DNA of 64,000 nt from positions 72,478,001 through 72,542,000 of the forward strand of contig CM060731.1 of the NCBI GenBank assembly GCA_030704615.1, read 5' to 3'. The notes beneath the pieces are model-generated. The model ran no database searches. It was not told where the DNA came from and saw only the letters and a program-made list of their open reading frames with translations. The stretch comes from Takakia lepidozioides. Lineage: Eukaryota > Plantae > Bryophyta. Every line of letters begins with the position of its first letter. Position 1 is the first letter of the stretch. This document shows positions 23,364 through 37,600 of this stretch, in pieces. A program made the translations under genes and the position numbers.

Positions 23364-25775
23364 GATAGTTCCCAAGAAGAATGGCAAACTGAGAGTTTGT
23401 GTGAACTATAAGAAGTTGAATGATTGTACATTCATAGAAGCTGTATTGGACACTGTGGCAGGCCATGAGATGTACTCATTCATGGATGGCTTCAGTGGGT
23501 ATAACCAAGTACAGGTAGTTGAAGAGGATCAGGGAAAGACAGCTTTCATTACTGACTGGGGTGCTTATGCATACAAAGTCATGCCTTTTGGACTTTGTAA
23601 TGCACCAACAACTTTCCAGAGAGTGATAAGTGAATCTTTCCATGAGTACTTGGATGATTTCATGCAAGTGTTCTTAGATGACTTCAGTATGTATAGCTCT
23701 AAGAATGAGCACTTGCAGAAGTTGGAGTTCTGTTTGGCCAGATGTAGGATGAGAGGTCTTGGGCTGAATCCAGAAAAATGTACTTTCTGTGTGAACTCAG
23801 GAGTTCTTTTGGGACACATTATGTGTCAAAAAGGACTGCTTGTAGATCCTATAAAAACAGAGGCTATTAAAGCCTCACCACTACCAAGTAATGTTAAGGC
23901 TCTAAGGAGGTTCCTTGGACAAACTAGTTATTACAGAAGGTTTGTCAGACGATATGCACAGAAGGCAGCACCATTGAGCAAACTCTTGAAGAAGGATGCA
24001 GTGTTTGCATGGACAGCTGAATGTCAATAGGCCTTTGAGGAACTTACATTGTCAGTAACAACTACACCTATGCTGATTAACCCTCATTGGCATATGATAT
24101 TTCATGTACATTGTGATGCCTCAGGAGAAGCATTGGGGGCTGTGTTAGACCAAAATGTCACATGAAACATAGATTCACCTGTGTATTATGCTAGCAGACT
24201 GCTGAATAGTGCTGAAACGAACTATAACACTACCAAAAGATAAGCTTTGGCAATGATTTATTCAGTCAAGAAGTTCAGGCATTATTTGTTGGGAAGGAAG
24301 TTTATGTTCTATGTGGATCATCAAGCTCTGATTTTTATTTGCTGAACAAGCCTTTGATAAGTGGAAGGATAGCAAGATGGCTGATTATACTGCATGCGTT
24401 TGAATTCGAAGTTGTTTACAAACTTGGACGTTTATATCTTGTGGCACATCACTTGTCACGCCTTTCAACAGGAGAGCCCGCCACAGGAGTAGACGATCAA
24501 CTGCCTGATGCAGGTTTATTTGCAGTGGAAGTGTAGGGAGCAGATGATTGGCTAGATTGGCACTGGCCAATCAGATACTACCTTACTCATGGACAGTGCC
24601 CACCCAGTTATGGGAAGGAGCAGAGGAAAAGAATAGCTATCAAGGCATTACCATACACTATGATAGGAGGAAGATTGTATAAGCTAGGACCTGATGGAGC
24701 TCTTAAACGATGCTTGTACCACCATGAGGTAAATAAAGTTTTGGAAGAAGTTCATAAGGGAGTGGTTGGAGGCCATTTTGGAGAAGAGACTACCAATAGG
24801 AAAATATTACTTGCAGGTTACTGGTGGTTTAGGGTTTAGGGTTTAGGGTTTAGAGATGTACACAAGTATTGTAAGAGCTGTGATGAGTGCCAGAGGCTAG
24901 GACCCTTGCAAAGATATGGGACGATGGCTTTGCATCCTTCACAGAGCCTTAGCTTCCACCCATTTTGTGGTATAATCAGTGGCTGTGATTATATACTGAG
25001 ACAACACAGCTAAGTCCACAGCAAGGTTTCTATATGAGAACATTATCACAAGATTTGACTGTCTCCTGGAATTTATCAGTGACCAAGGAAGTCATTTCAT
25101 TAATGAGACAATTGAACTGTTGACTAAGGAGTTCAGGATTGTGCACAAGAAGAGTACAACCTATTACCCACAAGGCAATGGGTAGGCAGAGACCACCAAC
25201 GAAATACTATGCACTATCTTGGCTAAGATAGTCAATGCTAACAGGACTGATTGGGATACAAAGCTGTTGACAGCTTTGTGGTCATACAAGACTTCGTATA
25301 AAGTCACCACCAAGTATACACCATTCCAATTAGTTTATGGCATGGAAGCTTTACTTCCAGTGGAATTCTTATTACCTACCAGGAGAACTGAATGGGGGAG
25401 GAGAATGGAATTGGAGGATTCAATTAAAGTAAGGAAACATGAACTATATCATGTGGAAGAAGTACGTGCTGATGCAGCAGATAACATGGCCAGACTTCAG
25501 ATGAAGATGAAGGATCAGTTTGATGAAGGTAAATTGAAGACTTTTAAACAGGTGATTTGGTACTGTGGTTGCAGAAGAAGGGAAAGATTAAAGCTTTTAA
25601 GCTTAAATCACCATGGAAAGGACCTTATGTCATACATAAGATGTATGATAACAACACAGCTATGTTACAAACCATTAACAAAGAGATGTTTGGTAGAGTC
25701 AATGCTAATAAGTTGAAGGGATACAGTGGTATCCATGATAGACCATTGCAGCATGATTTGCATCTTGAAGCATAG
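23364..25775 (+). mobile_element. Continuation of the same Ty3/gypsy pol: RT, RNase H and integrase (degenerate)
   Basis: IVPKKNGKLRVC, FMDGFSGYNQ, MPFGLCNAP, FLDDF, FHVHCDAS, VYYASR, SDQGSHF, YYPQGNG and the GPY motif (WKGPYVI), with several stops and frameshifts. Confidence 0.92.
24828..24853 (+). repeat. Interstitial plant telomeric repeat (TTTAGGG)3TTTAG
   Basis: Seen directly, inside the integrase zinc-binding region after codons AGYWW. Confidence 0.9.
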
Positions 25776-27199
25776 ATGCAGTCACAGACTACACCAGTAG
25801 CACCAGCGGAGCATGAAGCACGTGTCATAACACCTAATGTGTATGGTCATAGCAGAGAACACAGGTGTTCACACAGCCATCATAGCCCACCACAGCTTGT
25901 CATAGCCTGTGCGAAATTATCCTTCAGTGTGATTTTTTCTCAGACTGTTTGGTATAGAGTTTCCCTGTGAGAAATTAGCTATGGGCGAGGACCTGCAATT
26001 TGAGGTGAAACCACACCGCACTCTCGCGTTTGTTATGGAGAAAAAGCCACGCCTACAGGGTAAGATGTTCATCAGGTATAGGGGCTACTTATTCTTTATG
26101 TGTTAGTTTTGCATAATGACATTTAGTTTCGCCAAGTTCGTTTCGCTGTGGGAATTTCGTGGAAATTCGGGGAATATGCCATTGTGCTCACGTGAGCATG
26201 CTCATGCGAGCATGTTCACGCGCTACCAAACCTCGAACAATTCAGGTAGTAGCAACATCAAAATTTGCAATGACTAACATCTTTGGGCACATGTTTTGTG
26301 GCTTTCGCCACCACAGATACAACTATGTTTTCTTATTAGGTTAATTTGATTATCTTGTTTGGTGAGTAAATATGATATGACCTTCTTGAGATCCCATATC
26401 AATAGTCCCTAATGTTGTCATCCCTCCGAGGTCAATACTACATATATATTGCTCTCTATGAAGTAGGAGTTGAGAAAATGTATCATGTTGAAACATCTCA
26501 ACAAAATTGGAGATTAGACATGAATTGAATTGTGAAGATTCACTCAAACTCTAGTATATATTATACTCATTTGAGCTAGTATATAATTCAGTGGCGGTAC
26601 CTATTGGATGTTTCCATTTTTTGTGAAGACCTTGCATGTTATCTAGGTACTAAATAGTTAAGTTCGAGGGGGAAAGGCCACATAGAGCACAACCCTCCCC
26701 TCTTTTATACCCCCTCTTAAGGTCCATTCGTCCATTCGCACCAGGGGTTATATGAGGGAGTACAACCAAATATATTTGACCTTGCTAAGGTCCTGTTGAG
26801 ACTAGATTAGATTTATCTTAAAATCTGACATGGTAGATGATGTGGCGACAGGGTTAGAGACTGGGCGGCCAGCGTTGTCCCACTCCCCGCATATTCCTGT
26901 ATACGTAGATTTACGTTCGGAAGACGTGGGTTACTAAGGCCCATGACACACGAGCGGCATAAAATTGTCGCGTTCCAAATACCAAAGGCTAGGAGTTTTG
27001 CCTATATATAGGTCCACATCAGCCTACATCAGCAATAAAATCTTGGCTGGCTACCACACGGGAAAGGAGCGGCAGCGGCAATGGCAATGGTTTCCCACCA
27101 TAATCCAAATCGCGAGCCAAGTCCACACACAGAGCATGTAGGCAGAGGGGAGCTTGGTGTGGCAAGTGGGGGGAAGGATGAGCTTTCTTCCCGCCCCCC

Positions 27200-27510
27200 A
27201 TATCAAGGCTTGTTTTACGGGTTTCCAGATATCATCTATGACAGTACTTCTTATCACAGAGATAGCGTTTGCCCATTTTCTTCTGGACAAAGCATCTGCT
27301 ACCACATTCTCCTTTCCCTTCACATAATGCAGATCAACAAAGAACTGTGAAATAAACTCTACCCAACGACATTGTCTACGACTGACGTTGGGTTGTGTGG
27401 CCAAGTACTTTAGGCTCTCATGGTCCGTCTCAATCCCAACCTCTCTCCCCAGTAAATAATGCCACCAAATCTTTAAAGCACGAATAATGGCTAGCAACTC
27501 TTTCTCGTGT
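27200..27510 (-). mobile_element. Ty3/gypsy RNase H fragment from a different element
   Basis: EKELLAIIRALKIWWHYLLG..TDHESLKYL..RRQCRWVEF..YVKGKENVVADALSR. Confidence 0.85.
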
Positions 27511-30500
27511 TGACGAGCCCTGAGCGCGCGCGGTCAGGGTGACGGCATATTAGCTAGGGGGGTCGTGGTAAGTTGTGGTGTAGGTTGGGCTCACTAAACC
27601 GCCTACCCAACTGCGGTTAGTGCAGGGGGTCCGTGGTCGTACATGATGGCTATAATCACGACAAAGAGAAGTCATGTACTCCTCTTCACAGGGCGAGTTT
27701 GCGTTTCCAAGTCCTACGATATTCTACAATATACTCAGTAATTGCCTTCCAAGTCTTTTGTTTTATTGTCTAATTCCTGCCGCCTATAGCCGGGATATGT
27801 TTTAATCCTTTCACAAGGCACCTGCCGAGCCTAGGAAGAAGAGGGAAAATTTTCCTCTCCTAATGCCCCTCTTTCACCGAGTGCTTGAGTTCAAGTCACC
27901 TCTGATGGAAGGGCCAACGCTTCCTACCCCAGTGCCTAAAATACTTTGTTTTAGCAAAGGAGCGGCCAAAATACCTATCATAATCCAATAGGTTCACCAA
28001 GTTCAATAAGGTGGTTCTAAGCCCCTCAAATCAATAAGTTCAATCAGTCTAATAAACGCCCTTTAGGCTATAACTTGCACCACGTGCATCTATCCTATTT
28101 AAGCAATTTTGCACATCAGAAATGCTGGAAAATTAAAAAAATTAAGAAAATCCGGATATGGGAAATCATGTGGGGAATCCAAAGATGCCCTTGGCGCCTA
28201 GAAATGCCCTTGGGAACCCCATGGGAACCCAATGAGAACCGAGGAACTCCCGGGAACCGTTCCCAGCCGTGGGGAATTGCCGCGGCCCTATCGGATGAAT
28301 GAATCTCATTGAGAATTCATCCCTGCCACTGCATTCGTTAGTCCAGAACATGCATGTGTAAATAATAAAATAACCACCGGTGGATCAAAGCTAGATTTTA
28401 CCCGTTTACATTATTTTAAGGCGTTGGTGCACTTTCCCTCCGTGGAAAAAGTCATCCTCTACCTTGGGCTCTAACACAATGGCTCACTATAGTCCGTATT
28501 TCTCTCCTCCCTCGTCTCTCGAGGTCTCCGCCTCTAGCTCACTGCTCACAGACCCGCTCGGCTCTCTCTTGGACTCATAAGAACGTTCCCCTCCAAGGCT
28601 ACGTCTTCCCAAAATCCTAGATTTTATCTACCATTGGCGCCTTAGATAATGGCTCATAACCCTTAGACCCTTGGAGGGGTATAAATTGAATCTAATAGCT
28701 AAAGGTAAGAATACTCCACTTTAAGGGAATTTGCAGACGCATTGCCCGCTGGGTAAAACGCCCCCGCCACGTGGCGGGGCGCAGATCCGCGCGTAGCGGT
28801 CCAAGCCGTGGACCACTGCAGTTAACGTCGGCGTCCGCCGGTCCGTCTCAGCTTTTGGTTATCCCGCGAATAAAAACCCGCACCTTGCTCGCACGCTTCA
28901 GGGCCTCACACCTAAGCCACGCGGCTGATGTACTTGATCTCCGTACGTCTTAAGGTCAGTGCTGGGCCCCGCTTCCCGTATGTCGTGGTTGGGCCACGGC
29001 TGCCTCTACGCTTTAAGTAATTGAGTGCATACTCTCCAGGCGTAGCACCCGGGTTCCTCCCGGGCTGCTCGCTTGTATGGGACTTTGTACCCATACCAGA
29101 AACAATGGCCCCAGGGTCAATCACGATGACATCGATTCCAAACGGCTTCAGCTCCTGCCTGGCAAGATAGTGTCAATCAAGTTTTTAGATGATCAAGTTG
29201 ATCCCACATCAGCAAAGTCACCACCCACGTATCTAGCTTTCAAATTCAAAACGGTAGAATGCTTGAGAGAGCTCCATGGAATTGATCTAGGCACTGAGGT
29301 CAGTTTTCTGGCTTTTAGAATCTCAAATGGTTTGTAAAGGTTGTCCCAAAACTTCTTGCTTTTCTCCAGTCCTGTGTCGCACCAATTATCAGACGTGTAG
29401 CATGTGTGATTTCCTTCCTCTCCATGCCATTTTTTATTTCAAATAACTCTTATGTCAGGTTAAGGGACACAGGGACTTTGGGGCAGCTGCTGTCAAGCAA
29501 ATTTAGCCCGCCCAAACCCCAAGACAAAAAAATACAACCCACCCTCCCCTAGGCCTCCATGGCTTACTAGTGAGTGAGGGAAATAAACACATAGTGGCCT
29601 TATATCGTAGATCCAGCCTGTTGGCCTTCCTTTTCCAGAGCTGGCTATATTTCAAATTAGTAACCAAAACTCAAAGATTCCTTCTTCAAACAATTCAAAT
29701 ACAAGCCTCTATCGGTACCATTTCCAATAGGCTATGGGGTTCTTCCCCTTGTCAATCCTAGACATGAAATAATGGGATTCCACAATGCGCACTCCTCTTT
29801 TGAGGGCCTAAATCAGATTTTTCAACTTCAAGCTTTGCTTGGAAAATAAATGAATCACATACACAAATGGTGAAATGGTAAGATGGGATCAACTGTTCGA
29901 TGCGAGAGTGCTTGGGATGCTCTATCGACTCAAGTAATGATACTCTATGCGGCCTCCACTTGGGCTCTCGTCCATTAGTCCATACCAGCCCCTCCTACTC
30001 GTCCTCAAGTCACTTTCCTCCACATGAAATTGCCTTCTTCCTTTACAAATGAAATGACTCAAGGCCCACAAGCTAGGCCACGTGCCTTAGCTCACAAGAA
30101 TTCTACCTAACTAGGGAGCTTCAAGCTCCACTCCCTAGGATCTAGCCTCCTCAAGCCACAAACTAGCAAATAATACAACAACAAGAGGAAACTAAGCAAG
30201 ATGAAGAACTAGATGAAGAACAAGAGAAGCCTTGCCTTTCTTTTATACTGTTTTTGAGCCTAATAAACCAATGAAAAAATATTCATTAAACTATTGTTTC
30301 CTTGGAGGATCTATAATATAATATTCAACATGGATGACGAGTCTTCGAGGCAAATGAAAGCTGATTTTTCATCCATCCAATTGGATGACCAATTGGCGCG
30401 AGTTGTCATTTCATCCATCCAGCTCCTCCAGGCGAATTTCAGGATTTTTCATCCATCCAAGGAGTAGAAATTCAAATAATCGGCCCCCATGAGTGCCGTC

Positions 30501-30682
30501 GACTCCATAATTTGGCGCCGCTGTTAATCAGCTCCATAAATCACCAAACTTCATGACAAACTACAATTATATACCCCGTACCAGCCTATAAATTCTCAAG
30601 TCCGTCGGTGGTAAAAAGTTGTGCCTTTCGCTATTCGTCATATTTTTGCTACATAAAGATTTTGTGGTATTTTTGGAAATCA
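27511..30682. mobile_element. Probable LTR / retrotransposon non-coding remnants
   Basis: Abrupt junction with the RNase H fragment (TGACGAG..). On the minus strand the far end starts TGATTTCC, typical of an LTR start. No partner LTR was identified. Confidence 0.35.
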
Positions 30683-31334
30683 AATCCCTGGTGATGGCTC
30701 TGGGGTCTTTGACCCTGCCACTGAGTCATAGGTTGTGCGGAGTCCCCTCCACTTGTCCTGCACCGCTAACAAGTCCACGCTTCGCCGTTTGAAGTCGTCC
30801 TGACCTGCTGTCATTCTGATGCAGCTATTTGCTTTGTTGCGATATTTCATCGCTGTACATGTCGCTTCCACCAATTGCCAAGCTCCTCGCCGTGTGTTCC
30901 TGGTGGACTTGAAAGGTGGGAGAAAAGAGAGATCGCAATCTGGGACTGGAACAGTCCTGTATTGTTCGAACATGATTACCTTGCCGTTACTGGTACCGAA
31001 TTGACAGCCTCATCTGCTGTCGATGCAGCTCCCTACGGTCATCTTGACACCAGAGTTCCACTCCATGGTCGTCGCAGACACTGTCTAATTTCCTACGTGC
31101 TTTACCAACGATTTCCACACAACTGACAAACTAACTTGTTTTGGCAGTACAATGCCGAAACTGATTGTCTTATGATCAAAAACGATCTGAAAAGAAAAGT
31201 GTACCAATATATGCATCTACACATGTACCGGGTAATTATGCTCTGCTGGGCTCAGTTTCCTCGATTCATATATTTACAGCTAACAAACTCAATTTTGTGA
31301 TCTAGTGGGTATCGTGCATGCCACTGATCGTGTA

Positions 31335-33712
31335 GCTTGCTTGAGTTCTCATCCTCTGTCCGTGAGTCCCATGTGAGCATTCCACCGATCCATACTTTCC
31401 AAATCTCCAAGGTACTATTTCATGAACCGACGGGTTGTTTGTGCGAGATTGGTGTGGCAGGATCTCAAAACTCATTTAGTTGGACACCCTGTAGCGGTCT
31501 TGGATGCTCCTGCAGGGAGTTTAGCTCGAAAACAAACTCGTGCAGAAACACTCGCCCAGCTCAGTTGCTGTTTTCTTGGACAAGGAAGCCTAGCCGTCAA
31601 ATTCAAGGATGACCACACGTACGTGCTATTGGGGATGCAGACATGATTACATGTTGCAGTGGCACTAACTGGAATCAGCATGGAATTTAATCTTGAAATA
31701 TAGATTACGACATTGATCAAGGATAGTTATTTGCACTTCTCAATTTTAATCCTGGATCAATTGACATTGGTATGCATGCACATGGAGAGAAGAAATGAGA
31801 GAGGGGGGGGGGGGGGGTCTTCTTGTCCTTCTGCTCAATTACTCAGCTGCATGCTCCATTATGTAAAGGTGGGCTCTCTTGACTCTTCGTGAGTGTGAAT
31901 CACGAGATTTCTATGTCTGACTTGATGGATTCAATCTACACAATCTTGCTAGACGTTTTGGTACATTTGTGTGAAATCTAAAAGACAGACAAAGAGGAAA
32001 TGGGGGCAAGTCTGACACTCTCAATGACCACAGGCGGGCTCGCCGTGTTTTCATGACCTTTCTTAGCCCCGAGGGCCTGCAAAGCTTGGTACCCAGAATG
32101 GATACAAATGCAAGATCTCATCCGGCCAAATATTGGGAGGGTGCGAAACAAATTTCTTCAGTCCCAGTGCTGAAGAACTACACCTTTTCATTGGTGGCGG
32201 ATTTGTGGCTGAGCCTGGAGGAGGGTCCAGAGTTTGATGCAATGCAACAAAACATCGAAGTTTTCTTGGACGGCATCATGTACCTATTGATCTTCCAGAC
32301 ACCCGCTACCACAAAGCCAATCGGGCTCGCAGTAATGCTCTAAGCATTCTTGACCCAATAATTACACGCAGGAGGAAGGTATGGGACAATCCATCACATG
32401 AGTCGCAAAAGAGATTGCAAGTGACCGTCAATTGAATGATCAACATCCTATGCCAGTGCTTCACTCTTGTGACTTCTTGACAGGAGTGTACACGAGAAAG
32501 TTCTGCTACGGAGATCAGGGGTGCCAATTAAGGAATGAATTCGAACCGAAATCTAAGTAAACCTGTATTGAATTTATTCTTGACATGTGACTTGTGCAGA
32601 ATCTGCAAACGGGAAAGACATCAGCGCAGCAGGATCTCCTATCAGTGTTAATCTGCACACCAGACGATATGGAGCATTTCATGACTGACACAGACATCAA
32701 AGACAACCTGTTGTTGCTCTTGTTTGCAGGCCATGACACCAGCAGTATCACATTGGCTGTGGTACTCAAGTATTTGGCACTAAATCCCCACTGTTTAGAG
32801 GAGTTGATCCAAGGTAATGTGACTGGCAACTAGAGTTTGATGTGCCAGACATCCATAGATGTGTTCACTGACCTCTGCTTCCTGTCTCCTCGGAACCACA
32901 TGGAGCAAGATGTACCCAATACACAAAAGCTGGTCTGAGGTTTAAAGATTTTGACTCTACCTGTGCTGAGTTCCGCAGAGCAAAGAGAGATATCTGAGCA
33001 GAAGGCAGGGGAGGCCTTGAACTGGGAGGACACTCGGCGTATGAAGTACACATGGCGTGTTATTCAGGAATCGCTGCGGCTACAGCCTGCTGTGCAGGGG
33101 ACCTTCCGCAAAGCTATGGAAGACTTTGACTATGGTGGCTTCACCATTCCCAAGGGCTGGCTGGTAATTTACATTCCCGCTCCTTGTCCGTATCATTGTT
33201 GACAAACTGGGTTGGTTTGTCTGGCTCTCAATCTAAACATAAATGGTAGTTGATCCCTGCCGTGCCTGAATTTTAATTCTCGACTCTTTGTTTTGAACTG
33301 TTCAGTTCTTTTTGCCTGCAGAGGTGTGCAATTACTAAGCCATGCTGAACGTGGCCTGCAGATTTTGTGGAGCACATTCCGTTCCCAGTACCCAGAGTTT
33401 TTTCCAAATCCAGAAAAGTTTGATCCCTCCCGCTTTGAGGGTTCAGGCCCAGTCCCCTACACATACCTCACTTTTGGAGGAGGGCCCCGCACATGCCCTG
33501 GTTCTGAATTTGCCCGCACAGAGATACTAGTGTTTCTGCATCATCTAGTCCTCCACCATCAATGGACGCTCATTGACCCCCACGAGAAAATCAGTGTTGA
33601 TCCTCTGCTGGTTTTTCACAAGGGACTTCCACTGAGGATTGGCAGGAAAGAACTTTATGGTCAAGTCCAGGCTGAGGTTCTCTCCCAAACCAACACATCC
33701 CTGAAGACGTGA
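31335..33712 (+). pseudogene. Cytochrome P450, CYP85 clan, CYP716-like; probable pseudogene
   Basis: KTHLVGHPVAVL; FLSPEGLQ; I-helix LLFAGHDTSS; K-helix ESLR; KFDPSRFEG; heme motif FGGGPRTCPG. Exons ~32035-32378, 32600-32813, 32979-33163 and 33362-33712. Frameshift near 32285; 5' exon degenerate. Confidence 0.8.
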
Positions 33713-34660
33713 GCCCTGTTGTAGCAATTCAGTGTTTACCAACATTGGTTACTTCAGCCTGATCATGACAGTTGACATAGAAGTATCCCATATGGCCCTC
33801 CACAATCTTCTGCACATGTAGCATATACCAAAATGATACCACACTTGCAACGTGATTCATGGCTTAGTTATTTGCTGTCTTCCCTAGATGTTGACAGTAC
33901 AGTGCATTGCTTTTGAATCCAGAGGAAATGAACTTGCTGCGAAGCAGCAAAATTGTCACATGGATGGACTAAAGGTGTCAAAGTGGTGGTACAAACTACA
34001 AGCCTGCACCTGCCAGGAGTAGCTGCTTTTGCAAACATTTCTGGTACACATAAGCTGTAATGGCTAGAGTTAAGACATGATCTCAGGATGCAACTCCAAC
34101 ATGACAGTTGTATAGACACGAACCGGGTAGAGCACCCATGTCACACAAGTTTGAGTGGAAGGAAGCGAAAAAAGTAGTAGTAGATTATCAACCAAGCTTT
34201 CAAGCATAGAGCGGTACTCACTGAGTAAATATAGTGTTCAATTGTGGTCAGCAAATGTGGATGTATGTGTAGGGTAAGCTTACAGAGACATACTAAGAAG
34301 TTACGATTAAGAATCTTCAACCTACCACAAAACAAGTGCATCAAATCAAAGATATGTTCTTAAAAATGAGAGAGCACCATCAGTTCAATACCTTCTAGCA
34401 CCCAAAGAATGCAGAGAAGTTAAATGGTCTCAATCATAGCATGTGTAACTTGGAGATTGTCCCCCCAGTCAAAGAAAAAAACAGCCCTGCAACTGGTTTG
34501 GACACAGTGTTTGTGCACTGTCATAGTTTAATTCCAGCAAAATATTAGTAGTCCAGAGCGGGCTCATGACCAGACAATGTTGCCATGACAATAGCAAGAG
34601 AGGAGCTGATTCAACTCTCTACAGGGAATCTACTTTTAGGTATCATTGAGAGCTCTTTTA

Positions 34661-37600
34661 TCATACCTTCGCAGCAAGTCCAGCAGCACCTTTGATGAGG
34701 AGAAGCACGTCATATACAACCCAAGGAAAACTCAACAGGTGGATGTTGTTTTTGCTAGCTGCAGAGTACTCACCACTGACAAGATAGTCCGGGTGGTAGG
34801 TTACATAATACCATGCAGATGCTTTCGCGAATGCATCATCACTACTCCTGTGTGTCTCTCCCTCCTCACTGTAGTCATGACTCTTATCTTCAAACCATAG
34901 CCGAGCCTCCTTAATAAGAGAGCTTATAGAGAGACGGATTCGATCTTGGACAGTCCCATGTCGTTTGCCAAACTGGCGCGACACATGCACTATGTTGCCA
35001 CTCACTATCTCTGCCTCAGTTTGGATTCCATACTGGTTCATAAGCCCTATTAATTTCCTATCATACCAATTCTTGTAAAAACTGGCTTCCTCCAAGTAAT
35101 CTTCATAGCCAGGCACGTGCATGGCTGGGTCGTAGGCAATATCATGCCTTGAGATTAAGGGGGTTGGCTGCTGCTCGCTGGCTGCCTCTTTGACAGCTCT
35201 GAAGAGCTTTCCCAACACACGTTGTGACAGGTACATTTCCTTGTCCTCCTTCTCCATGTAGTCAGGGTACTGGAAAGGCCGGAGATTATGAGGGATGACA
35301 GCAGGCACTCCTGTCTTCGGGAAGTCGACAGCTATGGCAAAGAGTTTAGCCAGCTCATTACACTTAGGACTTCGCGCCAATTCAGGCTCTCTGTCTGCAT
35401 GTACTACATGCGCATTGGCAATCTGACCCAAGCTGTCATTGACCATATGCTTCACAAAGAACTCTTGAATCTCCTGCATACAGGTCAACCCTTGTCTTAC
35501 AACTGCTTCTGGAGATTGTTGTCATGTTGTTCAAAAAAGTGACCAAGGCAATGGAAAGACTCTCCCATAAAAAGTGCTGAACGGTCTATGCACAGTTACA
35601 ACCAGACTTCATACCAGAAATGCTGCACCCAAGGGAAGTAACTTCATGCAACCTAAAAACAGATGCCTATCATAAGGTAGCTTGTAAATGTCAATTACAC
35701 AATTTGTAAGTATTTGTTCTGGCTCTGTAAAAATCAAAAGCATTGATCAGGAGTAACTTTCTGATCAGCAGGTACCGATTCACAGACACTGTGTGCCCAC
35801 CCCTCTTGGGGCCTCCACAGCCATAGTAGACTTCTTTCTACCTTTCGGTGCCTTTATCTCCAACCCTCCTGAGGGCATTGGGGCGGTTCAGGGTGGGCTT
35901 CTACAATCTACCGATCGAGACTGGTAGATGGGAAAACCTGCAACGGGAGGACTAGGACGCAAACAGGAAATTGAAACTGAAGAACACTTCTTCTTTTATT
36001 GCCCTCTGTATTATGAGATCCATGGGAGATTCCACTGTCTATTCCGTGGAACTCCATCTCTCACTGAAGTTTTCCATTATGAGGATCAGTAATGCTTGGC
36101 AGCTTACCTGCACGAGGCCTTGACCGTTAGACAATCCCTTGAGCAGAGTTGCTTTTGGGCTGTTTGTTGGCTCTGGCTTTGTTTCCTCTCTCTGGTTTTT
36201 TTCCATTTTGTCCACTAAGCTCTTTGAGCTTTCCGGATAAAGTACCATTTCATTTCATTCCATTTCTTTCTTTGAGCTTTCTACGGATGTTATAAAGTTT
36301 CATTTCATTTCATTTCATTTCATTTCATTTCTTTCTCACTCTAACTTCCTAAAATGGCACTTATTCCATGCTTGTATAATTTTCCCTCTCATCGTAGAAG
36401 ACCATTTTCTGGGGAAACAAGCATGATGGAACCCAAAATGAACCTAAATAATGAGGGAATGCAACATGTTCCTCATGACAGATTTCGATTGTTAGTATGG
36501 TTCTAACCCAAAACAGGACCAGAAGCATTCATTTCGTTCCCTCAGTTCTAGTATCTCAACCCAAAAAAAATAAAAAAAATCAGGCAAAATTGCAGCTTTT
36601 GTCAGCAAAAGAGAGATGGGCTCAGGGCTTGCCTCAACGGTGACAGCATGATCCAGTTTCACTTCTCCGGGAGGGCAGTAGTCCATGGGTTGATCAGTTG
36701 CAGGGGGAATAAGTGCGGCATGCCAGCTAACAAAGTAGAGATCCCCATCCAAATCACTGCCTGAACATTCATTTGGATGTGGCCTGTACACCATACCCAA
36801 ACCCAAGAGACTTTCAATCAAACAACTGTCTCAAGCATGAATGAATTTGACCCAAAGTTACAAGTTCCCAGCTACTAAGGAAGTATCTGCAAAGTGACCA
36901 CCAAGTGGAAATGTAAGTTATGTCTATCTGCCATGTGGGAAAAGCTCTGCAAGAGCCCACCTGCAACCCTTTTGTGGAAAGACTAGGCAGTCAACCATGT
37001 GGTGCAAGCTCGCAACATCAACAGCTTTAAGAACTCGAATATCACCAGGATGCAAACATGGATTCTTCGCTACAACCACCAATCCTGTCACAACATGTGC
37101 CACAAGTCCTTGCTCGGAGTCACCGAGTTTATACTTAGAGAAAGCTTGAAGCCCGTCATCTAAGAAAGACCGATTTCCTGGAGTTGGGGTTACCTGGAGA
37201 AAGACTTCCCCATAACATAGGGTGGCTGTTTCATCCAGGCAACCCATCAGGCATCGCCCCTTTGGCACACAGATTCGAGATCGGGTGCGTAGATCTACCA
37301 ACTGAGAAGCACGGAATGCACGCAACAAACCCATCACATAGGGCTCTGCCTTTGGATGATAGCCAGCAAGGAGCATCTCCGTCAGTCTTCCATGCATGTC
37401 ACCAGAACATGTCATCTGCAAAGCAATTCATACATACTTTCAGAATAAGCACACCGAGTTGATGGGGTCTGCAAGAAGCTGGACAAATACAACACAAGTG
37501 TTTGCAACCAGGCTCTTCCATCTCCATAATGTCTGTGAGGGGAAGAGCACAGACCTGCAAGACCTCAACAGCAACAGCAGCATCCTTCAACATGACATCC

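Noticed and set aside
26800-27050. 3' LTR of the 19-26 kb gypsy element
   Set aside because: A TG start and a TATA-like box are present, but there is no clear polypurine tract and no partner LTR in the window.
30680-30973. Telobox/Myb-like fragment (RRGAW..FKRRSVDL..QDKWRGL)
   Set aside because: Only a weak, gapped resemblance with no gene structure; cannot be supported without an HMM search.
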